24,114 nucleotides of DNA, from positions 1 through 24,114 of the IMG/VR virus record IMGVR_UViG_3300017902_000255. One strand, written 5' to 3'. This document shows positions 6,631 through 13,611 of this stretch, in pieces (within the stretch, counting starts at the first letter, position 1; each line of letters opens with the position of its first letter). The translations under genes were made by a program, and so were the position numbers. The notes below the pieces were generated by a model. The model had not been told where the DNA came from, searched no databases, and saw only the letters and a program-made list of their open reading frames with translations. The DNA comes from a virus. Taxonomy: Duplodnaviria > Caudoviricetes.

Positions 6631-7854
6631 TTACTTTTTTCTGTTAATGATTGATTCCTGTGCCTCTCCTTTGATAAAGATAGTGTCAACAACATTCTGT
6701 AATCTCTTTTCTGTAGAGATACCAACATTGTTGTACACTGGCACGAACATCTTGCCAAATGGTTTCTTGAAACCCTCGCTCTGTGGTTTTAGTTCTCCTG
6801 ATTTTAGTCTAGCAGCATCACTCTTGTCAAGTCTGATAACTCTACCAATAGTCTGTGCCATAGTAATAAGATCAAGGTTTCTCATAAGAATAGCAGCAGT
6901 GAGTCCGCTGACATTCATACCCTCTGATAATATAGAGTGATGAAACATAACAAACTTTTTCTCAGGGTCATTGCCCCACTTGTTCATTATGTTGAAAAAT
7001 GTCTCTCTGTTTACTTTCTTGCCATTGATGATAGCACCAAACTTTGATGTAATCCATAAGACATTGTATTTCATAGTATGGCATATTGCCTGAAAATCTG
7101 TCTTTGTGATAAGGTTACGAATATTGGTAGTTGATTTAGATGTGACCAATACTTTATCCATGTGTGTCTCATTCTTGAGAGCGTCAAGGATAACTTTCTT
7201 GTCAATCTCTTCTTGACTACTGAAATGACCTACTGGATACTTCACTGCCTTCACTTTAGGCGGTATGATGTAACCTTTAGCAATTAGATCAGGAGCAGGC
7301 ACTTGAGCAATAACTTTGCCAAATGTTTTACCATTCATACCCATGTCAGGGTTTCTGCTGTTCTTAGGTGTAGCAGTAAAGAAATACTTACGATTAGCAT
7401 AGTTTGAGAAATGTTTGACAGCGGGTAAGAAATTACTCTGTACTGAATTGTGTGCTTCATCAAAGTAAATTGTATCCACCTCAATATCCTGTGCTTCCTG
7501 TATTCTGTGAAGTGAATGATATGTTGTAAATATCAAGATATTCTTGACAGTATTGTGATACCACTGCTCCATTTCTTTGGGGCGAGTGGTCTGGAAATGG
7601 TGTGTGTCTCCACTATGAACATGGCACACTGCCACATTATCAATATGCTCAAGGAACTCTGAACATAGTTGATTTGCCAATAATATTCTAGGAGCAACAA
7701 CAACTATGGTCTGTGGCATAGGCATACTGAATCGCCACTTGGCATCTTGAATCATACACATTGTTTTGCCACCGCCAGTAGGTACAAGTATCTTGCCCTT
7801 TTGCTGTGTTGTCATCAACTGTATGATCTCTTTTTGATGATCTCTCAATTCCAT
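6631..7854 (-). CDS. superfamily 2 DEAD/DEAH-box helicase (ResIII-like), 407 aa (start MELRDHQ...)
   Basis: Q motif LRDHQ, Walker A PTGGGKT, DEAH, TATP, LSEGMNV, QTIGRVIR; ATG follows ACAAACAC. Confidence 0.9.
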   Translation of the reverse strand: MELRDHQKEIIQLMTTQQKGKILVPTGGGKTMCMIQDAKWRFSMPMPQTIVVVAPRILLANQLCSEFLEHIDNVAVCHVHSGDTHHFQTTRPKEMEQWYHNTVKNILIFTTYHSLHRIQEAQDIEVDTIYFDEAHNSVQSNFLPAVKHFSNYANRKYFFTATPKNSRNPDMGMNGKTFGKVIAQVPAPDLIAKGYIIPPKVKAVKYPVGHFSSQEEIDKKVILDALKNETHMDKVLVTSKSTTNIRNLITKTDFQAICHTMKYNVLWITSKFGAIINGKKVNRETFFNIMNKWGNDPEKKFVMFHHSILSEGMNVSGLTAAILMRNLDLITMAQTIGRVIRLDKSDAARLKSGELKPQSEGFKKPFGKMFVPVYNNVGISTEKRLQNVVDTIFIKGEAQESIINRKK

Positions 7855-7935
7855 AGTGTTTGTGTCAATAATCATATTATAATAAAAAATGACCCTAGAT
7901 TCTAGGGTCATTGTGACAGTTTTAGAACTGTGCTA
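7855..7935 (-). promoter_or_regulatory. composite early promoter copy 8 (palindrome 7912-7935, -10 TATAAT, leader ACAAACAC 7856-7863; -35 position occupied by a hairpin)
   Basis: TGTGACAG-N8-CTGTGCTA; exactly 30 nt to TATAAT. Confidence 0.7.
7884..7912 (-). terminator. intrinsic terminator-like hairpin
   Basis: Perfect inverted repeat AATGACCCTAGA-T-TCTAGGGTCATT running into a U tract on the - strand. Confidence 0.65.
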
Positions 7936-8044
7936 GTAGTTTCTGTGTCTCAGGGTCGAATACTTCCTCGACTCCCTCTATTGAATGAATCCAATCATCA
8001 TTTGATTCAGCGATCTCATAGAGATCAATCATTTCATCTTCCAT
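7922..8044 (-). CDS. small acidic protein, 40 aa (MEDEMIDLYEIAESNDDWIHSIEGVEEVFDPETQKLLAQF)
   Basis: Hand translation; preceded by TTGCCA...TAATAC promoter-like boxes (about 8070-8097) and an AAAACACAA leader. Confidence 0.65.
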   Translation of the reverse strand: MEDEMIDLYEIAESNDDWIHSIEGVEEVFDPETQKLLAQF

Positions 8045-8097
8045 AAAAAAAATTGTGTTTTCAAATCTAGTATTACATATTGTGGGTAGTTTGGCAA

Positions 8098-8403
8098 CTA
8101 TCCAATCGGAGGCGCTCCAGCACCGCCATATTGAGCAGGCATAGCGTCCATGTCAAATTTCTTTGATGCTTCCTTTGCTTCAAGTAATCCTTTCAAAGAA
8201 TTGACCTCAATAACAAGTGCAGCAATGTCATCTTGCTGTTTCAATAATGCCGCTTGAACCATTGACTCTAGTGTAGTCAATCTCTCGTCAAGATTGCCAA
8301 TGGTTCTCATTGACGCTTGTAGTTGTTTCTTAAGTCTATCAACTTGACCTAACTTAACTTTTGTTAGTGTCTCTGTATCTGAAGTAAGTGAATCGTAACC
8401 CAT
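8098..8403 (-). CDS. coiled-coil hypothetical protein, 101 aa
   Basis: ORF track; heptad pattern; CTAAATA late-promoter-like box about 20 nt upstream. Confidence 0.8.
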   Translation of the reverse strand: MGYDSLTSDTETLTKVKLGQVDRLKKQLQASMRTIGNLDERLTTLESMVQAALLKQQDDIAALVIEVNSLKGLLEAKEASKKFDMDAMPAQYGGAGAPPIG

Positions 8404-8438
8404 AATTTATTCTTTTTAGTTATTTAGTACGTTATATG

Positions 8439-8885
8439 TTATCTAAGGTAGAGATAACCACCCGCCCAATCACACACGTTGTAGAGTTTTGCTCTGTCAA
8501 TGTCATCACTCATATTGAATCTAACGTGTTTAGCGGGTTGTTTCCACCCTGCTGGTTTATATACTTCTCCTGATAATTTATCAACGAAGCAATGGACGCT
8601 TATGTCATCTTTAAACTGACGATTGACTTGTTTCCAGCGTAGGCAAACTTTGTAGTACTTTCTGCCATTTTCTATGAAAAAACTAATTCTATCATCTTCT
8701 CCAGACTCAATTTGGTTAACCTTTTCCTGTAGATATGGGTCAGGTTTATCTGCCTTATTTTGATTATTAACGATAGAGCGTACTGAATAATCTCTGTATT
8801 GTTGTTCAAGGCAACGACATAGTTTCTCTGTCCATTGAAGCACCTTGACTTTCTGAGTTGCTTGATGAAATACTAAATTTGTCAT
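8439..8885 (-). CDS. conserved cyanophage hypothetical protein, 148 aa (start MTNLVF...)
   Basis: GRKYYKV...SVHCFVDK.SGEVYKPAGWKQPAKHVRF...CDWAGGYLY motif set; ATGA overlap with the upstream gene. Confidence 0.85.
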   Translation of the reverse strand: MTNLVFHQATQKVKVLQWTEKLCRCLEQQYRDYSVRSIVNNQNKADKPDPYLQEKVNQIESGEDDRISFFIENGRKYYKVCLRWKQVNRQFKDDISVHCFVDKLSGEVYKPAGWKQPAKHVRFNMSDDIDRAKLYNVCDWAGGYLYLR

Positions 8886-9151
8886 GTCAAAGTCCAATAA
8901 GTGTGTTTTCCTTTTATGTGTTTTTTAATTAAACCTCTTTTCTTCAATTCTGTTTTGTTCCACCTCAAAGCATATTGCCATTCATATTTAAAATCGCCTA
9001 TAAATTCAATAATGCCTTTCTCCTGATATTGATATAATTTTTTCATTATATCAAGTGTTCTAACAGCAGTGCCGTAATCTTTCATAGCAATGATATACCA
9101 ATCAAATGCCTCTTGTTGAGAGTTCGATTCAATAGTGATAGGAATTTTCAT
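8882..9151 (-). CDS. small basic protein, possible winged-helix DNA-binding domain, 89 aa (start MKIPITIE...)
   Basis: C-terminal WQYALRWNKTELKKRGLIK...YWTL resembles the helix-wing of Mrr N-terminal-like wHTH domains; start moved out of the hairpin. Confidence 0.6.
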   Translation of the reverse strand: MKIPITIESNSQQEAFDWYIIAMKDYGTAVRTLDIMKKLYQYQEKGIIEFIGDFKYEWQYALRWNKTELKKRGLIKKHIKGKHTYWTLT

Positions 9152-9154
9152 AAT

Positions 9155-9200
9155 AAAAAAAGAAGTGGAGCAGAGGAACAAACACAAACCCTCTCTCCAC
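9155..9200 (-). ncRNA. candidate small RNA B (~46 nt), hairpin with loop GUUUGUGUUUGUU antisense to the early-gene leader motif
   Basis: Starts at the predicted +1 of promoter copy 9; stem GUGGAG-AGAGG / CCUCU-g-CUCCAC; 13-nt loop (9177-9189); UUCUUUUUUU tail. Confidence 0.7.
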
Positions 9201-9206
9201 TTCTTT

Positions 9207-9265
9207 ATAATAGTATATTTACTTTTTAAAGGCAACCCCCATGTGACACTCCCAATAATGTCACA
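9207..9265 (-). promoter_or_regulatory. composite early promoter copy 9 (palindrome 9242-9265, TTGCCT-17-TATTAT)
   Basis: TGTGACA-N10-TGTCACA; 29 nt to the -10. Confidence 0.8.
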
Positions 9266-9428
9266 CTCGACCTCTTCGCCCTTCGGACTTTGGATATAAT
9301 GTTATATCCTGTGTTCCGAATCTACCCATTGCTTCTATCTTGGCGTCAGAACCAAAGTTGCTCAGACTTTCAAATTCTGTTGATAGTAGTCTGTTGTCTA
9401 TTTTGACAACTGCTCTCCAAAGTGCCAT
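9261..9428 (-). CDS. small hypothetical protein, 55 aa (start MALWRAVV...)
   Basis: Start reassigned downstream of the leader hairpin; stops inside palindrome 9. Confidence 0.65.
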   Translation of the reverse strand: MALWRAVVKIDNRLLSTEFESLSNFGSDAKIEAMGRFGTQDITLYPKSEGRRGRV

Positions 9429-9443
9429 GATTTTAGTAATAGG

Positions 9444-9511
9444 GTGTCGAGAAACAAAATCCAGTTGCCGCACTCCTATGAAAGGCGCAGGGATAGATTT
9501 GTTTCTCACAC
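9444..9511 (-). ncRNA. long 5' leader hairpin / candidate structured RNA C (68 nt)
   Basis: GUGU/ACAC, GAGAAACAAA/UUUGUUUCUC, UCUA/UGGA and CUGCGC/GUGCGG stacked pairings starting at the predicted +1. Confidence 0.55.
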
Positions 9512-9512
9512 T

Positions 9513-9545
9513 ATTTATTATAGGGCATCATCAATTATTTGGCAA
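9513..9545 (-). promoter_or_regulatory. sigma70-type promoter TTGCCA-17-TATAAT with overlapping late-type ATAAATA
   Basis: Direct reading of the - strand; no palindrome upstream. Confidence 0.7.
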
Positions 9546-10223
9546 CCCCTCTTTTTCATCAAATGCTTTTTTTCTTTCACTCTGGTTAAGATTGACACAT
9601 CGCCACCCATAATCCCCATTGGTAACGATAGTAGGCATAAAGTTCATTGATAACGATATTCTATTGTATCCTGTGTTCTCATCATAACCATGATTCAACT
9701 GTGATGGGAATATGACTAACTCTCCCTCATTCGATAAAACTTCATTGTTTTGATTATACTCTGTAGTTTTTCCTGTGATAAAATTGAGAGCAGGAGCATT
9801 TATAAAATTAGTATCTCTGGTAAAATATGTGGGCACATGATCTCTTGCCATATCAAAATTAACATAGTATATTGCTGACAAATAAGAATTAGCATGATGA
9901 TGGGGATATTGATACCCACCTTTATCTGAAATGTTTATCCAACTATCTGTAACTTGAACTGTCTCTTGTATATAATCTCCCTTGACTTCCTTAGCATACA
10001 ACTCTGCTTGTTGTTCACACCAGTTTCTAAATCTGCCGTATCTCTCATCATTATGTAATACTGAGTAATGACCAATATGTTTTAATTGTTCTGAGTTGGC
10101 ACTATATGTTATTTGATTTTGTTTCTGTTCTTCTATCTCTGCCAGTATAGTTTCTTTTACTTTACTATGAAAGGGGCAAGGTATGATTGCCACTGGCGTT
10201 GGTAGTACGTTAATAACTTCCAT
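9531..10223 (-). CDS. putative 2OG-Fe(II) oxygenase (TIGR02466-like), 230 aa
   Basis: SWINIS..GG.Q.PHHH.NS.LSAIYY, EGELVIFPSQLNH, RISLSMN. Confidence 0.85.
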   Translation of the reverse strand: MEVINVLPTPVAIIPCPFHSKVKETILAEIEEQKQNQITYSANSEQLKHIGHYSVLHNDERYGRFRNWCEQQAELYAKEVKGDYIQETVQVTDSWINISDKGGYQYPHHHANSYLSAIYYVNFDMARDHVPTYFTRDTNFINAPALNFITGKTTEYNQNNEVLSNEGELVIFPSQLNHGYDENTGYNRISLSMNFMPTIVTNGDYGWRCVNLNQSERKKAFDEKEGLPNN

Positions 10224-10224
10224 A

Positions 10225-10926
10225 TTATAAATCAGGATTATCCCATAGTTGTCCAGACCTAAATGTTGTCATGGCAGTGTGTCTCTCATCTTTTGTCAAT
10301 GGCATCACTTCAAAGGAATTAATATATCTAGGCATAAGATTACTGGATATAGTAATTCGATTGTCTGTGTAATTAGTTCCATAACCATGAACACAATTCG
10401 CTGGCCACAACAACAACGAACCTTCCAATCCTACCACCTCATTTATATTATTATACTTGGTATGCTTATGATTAGTCAACATATATGAGTAGTAATCAGG
10501 ATACTTTTGACTATCATTAGGACGATAAAAATAAGTTGGCGAGTGTGACGAATCATCAAAGTTGACATAATATAAAGCACACACAGCGGCATTTATATGG
10601 AAATGTGGTAGTTGTTTACCACCAGCGTCACACACATTTATCCAACTGTCTGTCAGTAGAAAATCTGACGTATCATAACCTAGTATGTCCTTAGCATATA
10701 TCTCTGCCTGTAGTTCTATCCACTCTCTAAACTCTTTGTACTTGTCATTTGATAACGGCGAGTAGTAATCTAAATGTTCAAGTGATTTGGTGACAGCATC
10801 TATTTTTTTGTGTTCGTATTCATCACCATGACTTTGAATCTCATCAATCAATAACGACTTAACTTTATCATGCTCTGGGTACATCACTACACCTAATTGC
10901 ACTGGCAGTATGTCAACTACCCTCAT
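10225..10926 (-). CDS. putative 2OG-Fe(II) oxygenase (TIGR02466-like), 233 aa (start MRVVDILP...)
   Basis: SWINV...GG.Q.PHFH, EGSLLLWPANCVH, RITISSN; clear paralogue of 9531..10223. Confidence 0.85.
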   Translation of the reverse strand: MRVVDILPVQLGVVMYPEHDKVKSLLIDEIQSHGDEYEHKKIDAVTKSLEHLDYYSPLSNDKYKEFREWIELQAEIYAKDILGYDTSDFLLTDSWINVCDAGGKQLPHFHINAAVCALYYVNFDDSSHSPTYFYRPNDSQKYPDYYSYMLTNHKHTKYNNINEVVGLEGSLLLWPANCVHGYGTNYTDNRITISSNLMPRYINSFEVMPLTKDERHTAMTTFRSGQLWDNPDL

Positions 10927-11536
10927 GTCCTTTACCCCATACTGACTCCACATAGGCAGGGTCTAACATATCATGACTACATTGAGAAGTATTGAAACTT
11001 ACTGTCCACCTGTCATGTTCAGTATTGTTTACTCTACTACCATGCTCTAACCATGACGGAAACAAATATAGATGTTTCTCTTTGATAGGAACATCATAAA
11101 AGTACATTCCGTAGGGTGTCTCCTTCACATTATGAACACACATCATATATGGTTGTAATGGCGATACCACGAAAAATTTACCAAAATCTCCCTCTGGTAG
11201 ATCAATGTAATATGCTCCACTAATTACACTCGATTCATGTCTGTGTCTCTCTGTTCTACCACCTTTGGGTAGAATATTATACCATGAACCACTAATCACG
11301 ACAGGCCAGTTGCCCATCTTCTCTGAGAAATGATTACAACACTGCTGAAATGTAACCAGCATTGGTTCAGATACCTTGTCTCGCAGGGGATCCCAGCCTC
11401 CATGTGAACTCACGCCATTCACTGCTAATGAGTGTTCATGACTCTTACCATTGGTCTTTACATGATTATGAAATTCATCTACACCAGGCGCCCCTGTGAG
11501 ATCATATTCTTCTAATAACGTAGGAAATAAATCCAT
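10913..11536 (-). CDS. putative 2OG-Fe(II) oxygenase (TIGR02466-like), 207 aa
   Basis: DLFPT start, SWYNI..KGG...RHRH..SVISGAYY, LFPSWLEH, R.TVSFN. Confidence 0.85.
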   Translation of the reverse strand: MDLFPTLLEEYDLTGAPGVDEFHNHVKTNGKSHEHSLAVNGVSSHGGWDPLRDKVSEPMLVTFQQCCNHFSEKMGNWPVVISGSWYNILPKGGRTERHRHESSVISGAYYIDLPEGDFGKFFVVSPLQPYMMCVHNVKETPYGMYFYDVPIKEKHLYLFPSWLEHGSRVNNTEHDRWTVSFNTSQCSHDMLDPAYVESVWGKGHEGS

Positions 11537-12064
11537 TTAATTCCACTTACAATAATCTATATTAAGCACGACTCTTAGGTCAGCATCAGTACATGACGTT
11601 CCAGCATGAAGCAAATCGCCTGGAAATAACACTGCTCTGTTCTCTTTTGACTCTACCTTTTGTCCGTCCTCAAAATATGTATATCCGTTGTTGTCATTGA
11701 AATATAAGACACATATATGATAGTCTGGCACATTAGGATAAGGCGGGTCAGGACTCTCACATGGCCCCGTCACATCAACGTGCAGTGGTTTCTTTTGTAT
11801 ATCTTTTGTTCTAGGTGTAGCATTGAACTTCAATCTATGTAAAGCAAATGGTTTGAGTGTATGGAATATTGGTTTAACTATGTTATACACATCAGATATA
11901 GGTTCAGAGTCCACATACATGGCGTGTGAGAACTGTGGGCAACTGTCATTAGGTCTTACTGAACTAGAACTATAATACCATGGCATACGCCCACCAAAGA
12001 TATAATCTCTGATGGGCGTAAAAACCTCTGTTGGTAGGAAGTTATCGTAAACTTCTATGCTCAT
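11537..12064 (-). CDS. 2OG-Fe(II) oxygenase, 175 aa
   Basis: YDNFL start, HVD, LYFNDNNGYT.F, ENRAVLFPG...HAG, RVVLNI. Confidence 0.85.
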   Translation of the reverse strand: MSIEVYDNFLPTEVFTPIRDYIFGGRMPWYYSSSSVRPNDSCPQFSHAMYVDSEPISDVYNIVKPIFHTLKPFALHRLKFNATPRTKDIQKKPLHVDVTGPCESPDPPYPNVPDYHICVLYFNDNNGYTYFEDGQKVESKENRAVLFPGDLLHAGTSCTDADLRVVLNIDYCKWN

Positions 12065-13548
12065 AATCTAACAAGTTCTATCTTGTCTGATTTATTCTTG
12101 TTTTCATCATAACAAACTAACTGAGCATTTTCAAAGGTAGTAGTTCCACCTTCCTCAACTCCAGCAGCGTGTGGTATTTTGTGGTCTATCACATATTTTT
12201 GTCCGTTAAAAATATCTGATTGTGGTATCTCTATGCCAGTTAGAGCACACTTACCACTCTGCTGTTCCCATAGTGGAAATCTGAAAGATACAGGAAATGC
12301 TCTCTTGGTGTCCTTCTGAATCAATACATCTTCTGGTAATTCAGGCAATCTATCTCCATATTTTTCGTGGTAGTTTCCAAAAACAGTATAGACTCCTAAT
12401 CTCGCCTCTCTGTGACATAAGTTGGTTGATCTTTGAGCACCAACATAATCTCTAACGTTGCTTCCGTTTCCATCTTCGTATAAGATTATGGCAGTTTTTT
12501 TCTTCTTACCTGTAACTGGGTCAGTAGTTGTTGTCTTAGCATTTTTTACTTTTAGAAAAGTAAGTTCAAACCACTCATACAACTTTCTTTCGTTGTTGAT
12601 TTTGTAGTTATGTTCAAATAACCAGTTGATAAACATAAACAAATCTGTAAGAGTTGCCTCTGATTTCAATACGTTGTTGTTATCATACTTGACACACATT
12701 CTTGCCATGATTTTGATAATCTCTTGAACACGTTTTCTGTTATCATACTCTGGCATCAAGTTATCGTAAGCGGCGTCTCTTTCTTTTTTGTCAATGTTAC
12801 CTGATCTAGTGGCGTGAACAAAACAAGTGACTATCCACTGTTCATGCTTCCTTCTTCTCTGTCCTTTCTCTGTCCAATACTTATCAAAAAATTCTGGAAA
12901 CTGAACTGGAATATCTCTAACAGCGGGTGCTAGGTTACATATAAAAGAGTTTCTCCACTCTTGATCGTTCAATGCCATTCCGCTGTTGATAGCTCTAAAC
13001 TCTTGATGTAATCTTTCAAGGTCAGCATCTTTTATGATGTAAACACAAAGATTTTGTTGGTCTAAATGATCTCTGACATAAGCAGGCAGTGTACGATATG
13101 TACGATTATCATTCTTTGGACTCCATTTCTTGTAATTTGCATACTTGATGGCAGGGATACTATGTTCTTTTAAACTAAGAGCAAATTCATCATTCTTAAA
13201 CCTCTTGCAACCCTTAGTTCTATTGTTGCCATCAACACTAATATAAGTGAATCCATCATCAAATAAAGATTTGAAGTAGATATAATCCTCAGAATCCTCT
13301 CCCTTTGTTTTAGCACAATAGTTCATGCAAGATTCTATGTGAGCTAGAACTATTGGTGTAGGAACTGAACCTCTTAAAATTGATTTTATATATTCTCTCC
13401 TCTGTTTGTCGCTCCATCTTTCTATGGATTGAAAACTTAATTCTAAATAAATTTTGTTTTGAACTTCTAGTTCAACTAGGTTTCCAAAGGTAACGAAACT
13501 GTGCTTTGAAATAAACTCCTCGCTATCGAGGTATGGAATGGTTGTCAT
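12061..13548 (-). CDS. GmrSD-like protein: N-terminal DUF262 (ParB/Srx fold) plus C-terminal HNH endonuclease, 495 aa (start MTTIPY...)
   Basis: FQ...RW....R.YIKSI..G, VDGNNR, F..IN.G..L..QE.RN (DUF262 motifs); Q.GKCALTG...IDHKIP...GG.T..ENAQLVC..EN..KS (HNH). Confidence 0.8.
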   Translation of the reverse strand: MTTIPYLDSEEFISKHSFVTFGNLVELEVQNKIYLELSFQSIERWSDKQRREYIKSILRGSVPTPIVLAHIESCMNYCAKTKGEDSEDYIYFKSLFDDGFTYISVDGNNRTKGCKRFKNDEFALSLKEHSIPAIKYANYKKWSPKNDNRTYRTLPAYVRDHLDQQNLCVYIIKDADLERLHQEFRAINSGMALNDQEWRNSFICNLAPAVRDIPVQFPEFFDKYWTEKGQRRRKHEQWIVTCFVHATRSGNIDKKERDAAYDNLMPEYDNRKRVQEIIKIMARMCVKYDNNNVLKSEATLTDLFMFINWLFEHNYKINNERKLYEWFELTFLKVKNAKTTTTDPVTGKKKKTAIILYEDGNGSNVRDYVGAQRSTNLCHREARLGVYTVFGNYHEKYGDRLPELPEDVLIQKDTKRAFPVSFRFPLWEQQSGKCALTGIEIPQSDIFNGQKYVIDHKIPHAAGVEEGGTTTFENAQLVCYDENKNKSDKIELVRL

Positions 13549-13611
13549 AATAATTGTTTTGATTTGGCTGTCGAAGATCCCGAGCAACGCTCGCTTTCTT
13601 GACGTATCTAC

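Noticed and set aside
6631-7854. Helicase named as uvsW or a type III restriction subunit
   Set aside because: Only generic SF2 motifs are visible; no nuclease domain or adjacent methyltransferase, so no symbol is assigned.
9171-9176. CCUCUG in sRNA B is complementary to the CAGAGG SD of leaders 2-4
   Set aside because: It lies on the wrong side of the loop for colinear pairing with ACAAACAC-AGAGG and is buried in the stem, so it is not counted as extra evidence.
170-9265. Repeats read as a CRISPR array or integron attC array
   Set aside because: Units are separated by 0.4-2.4 kb of coding DNA, are degenerate, and contain -35/-10 boxes; no cas or integrase gene is in the window.
732-9509. 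Longest-ORF starts at 792, 2066, 3140, 7911, 9235 and 9509
   Set aside because: They run through promoters or hairpins; downstream ATGs next to the conserved leader are more plausible.
535-10488. Short + strand ORFs (535, 941, 5364, 6321, 6605, 9340, 9444, 10249) and nested 2648..2857
   Set aside because: Antisense or out-of-frame shadows of well-supported - strand genes or of hairpins; no RBS or motif support.
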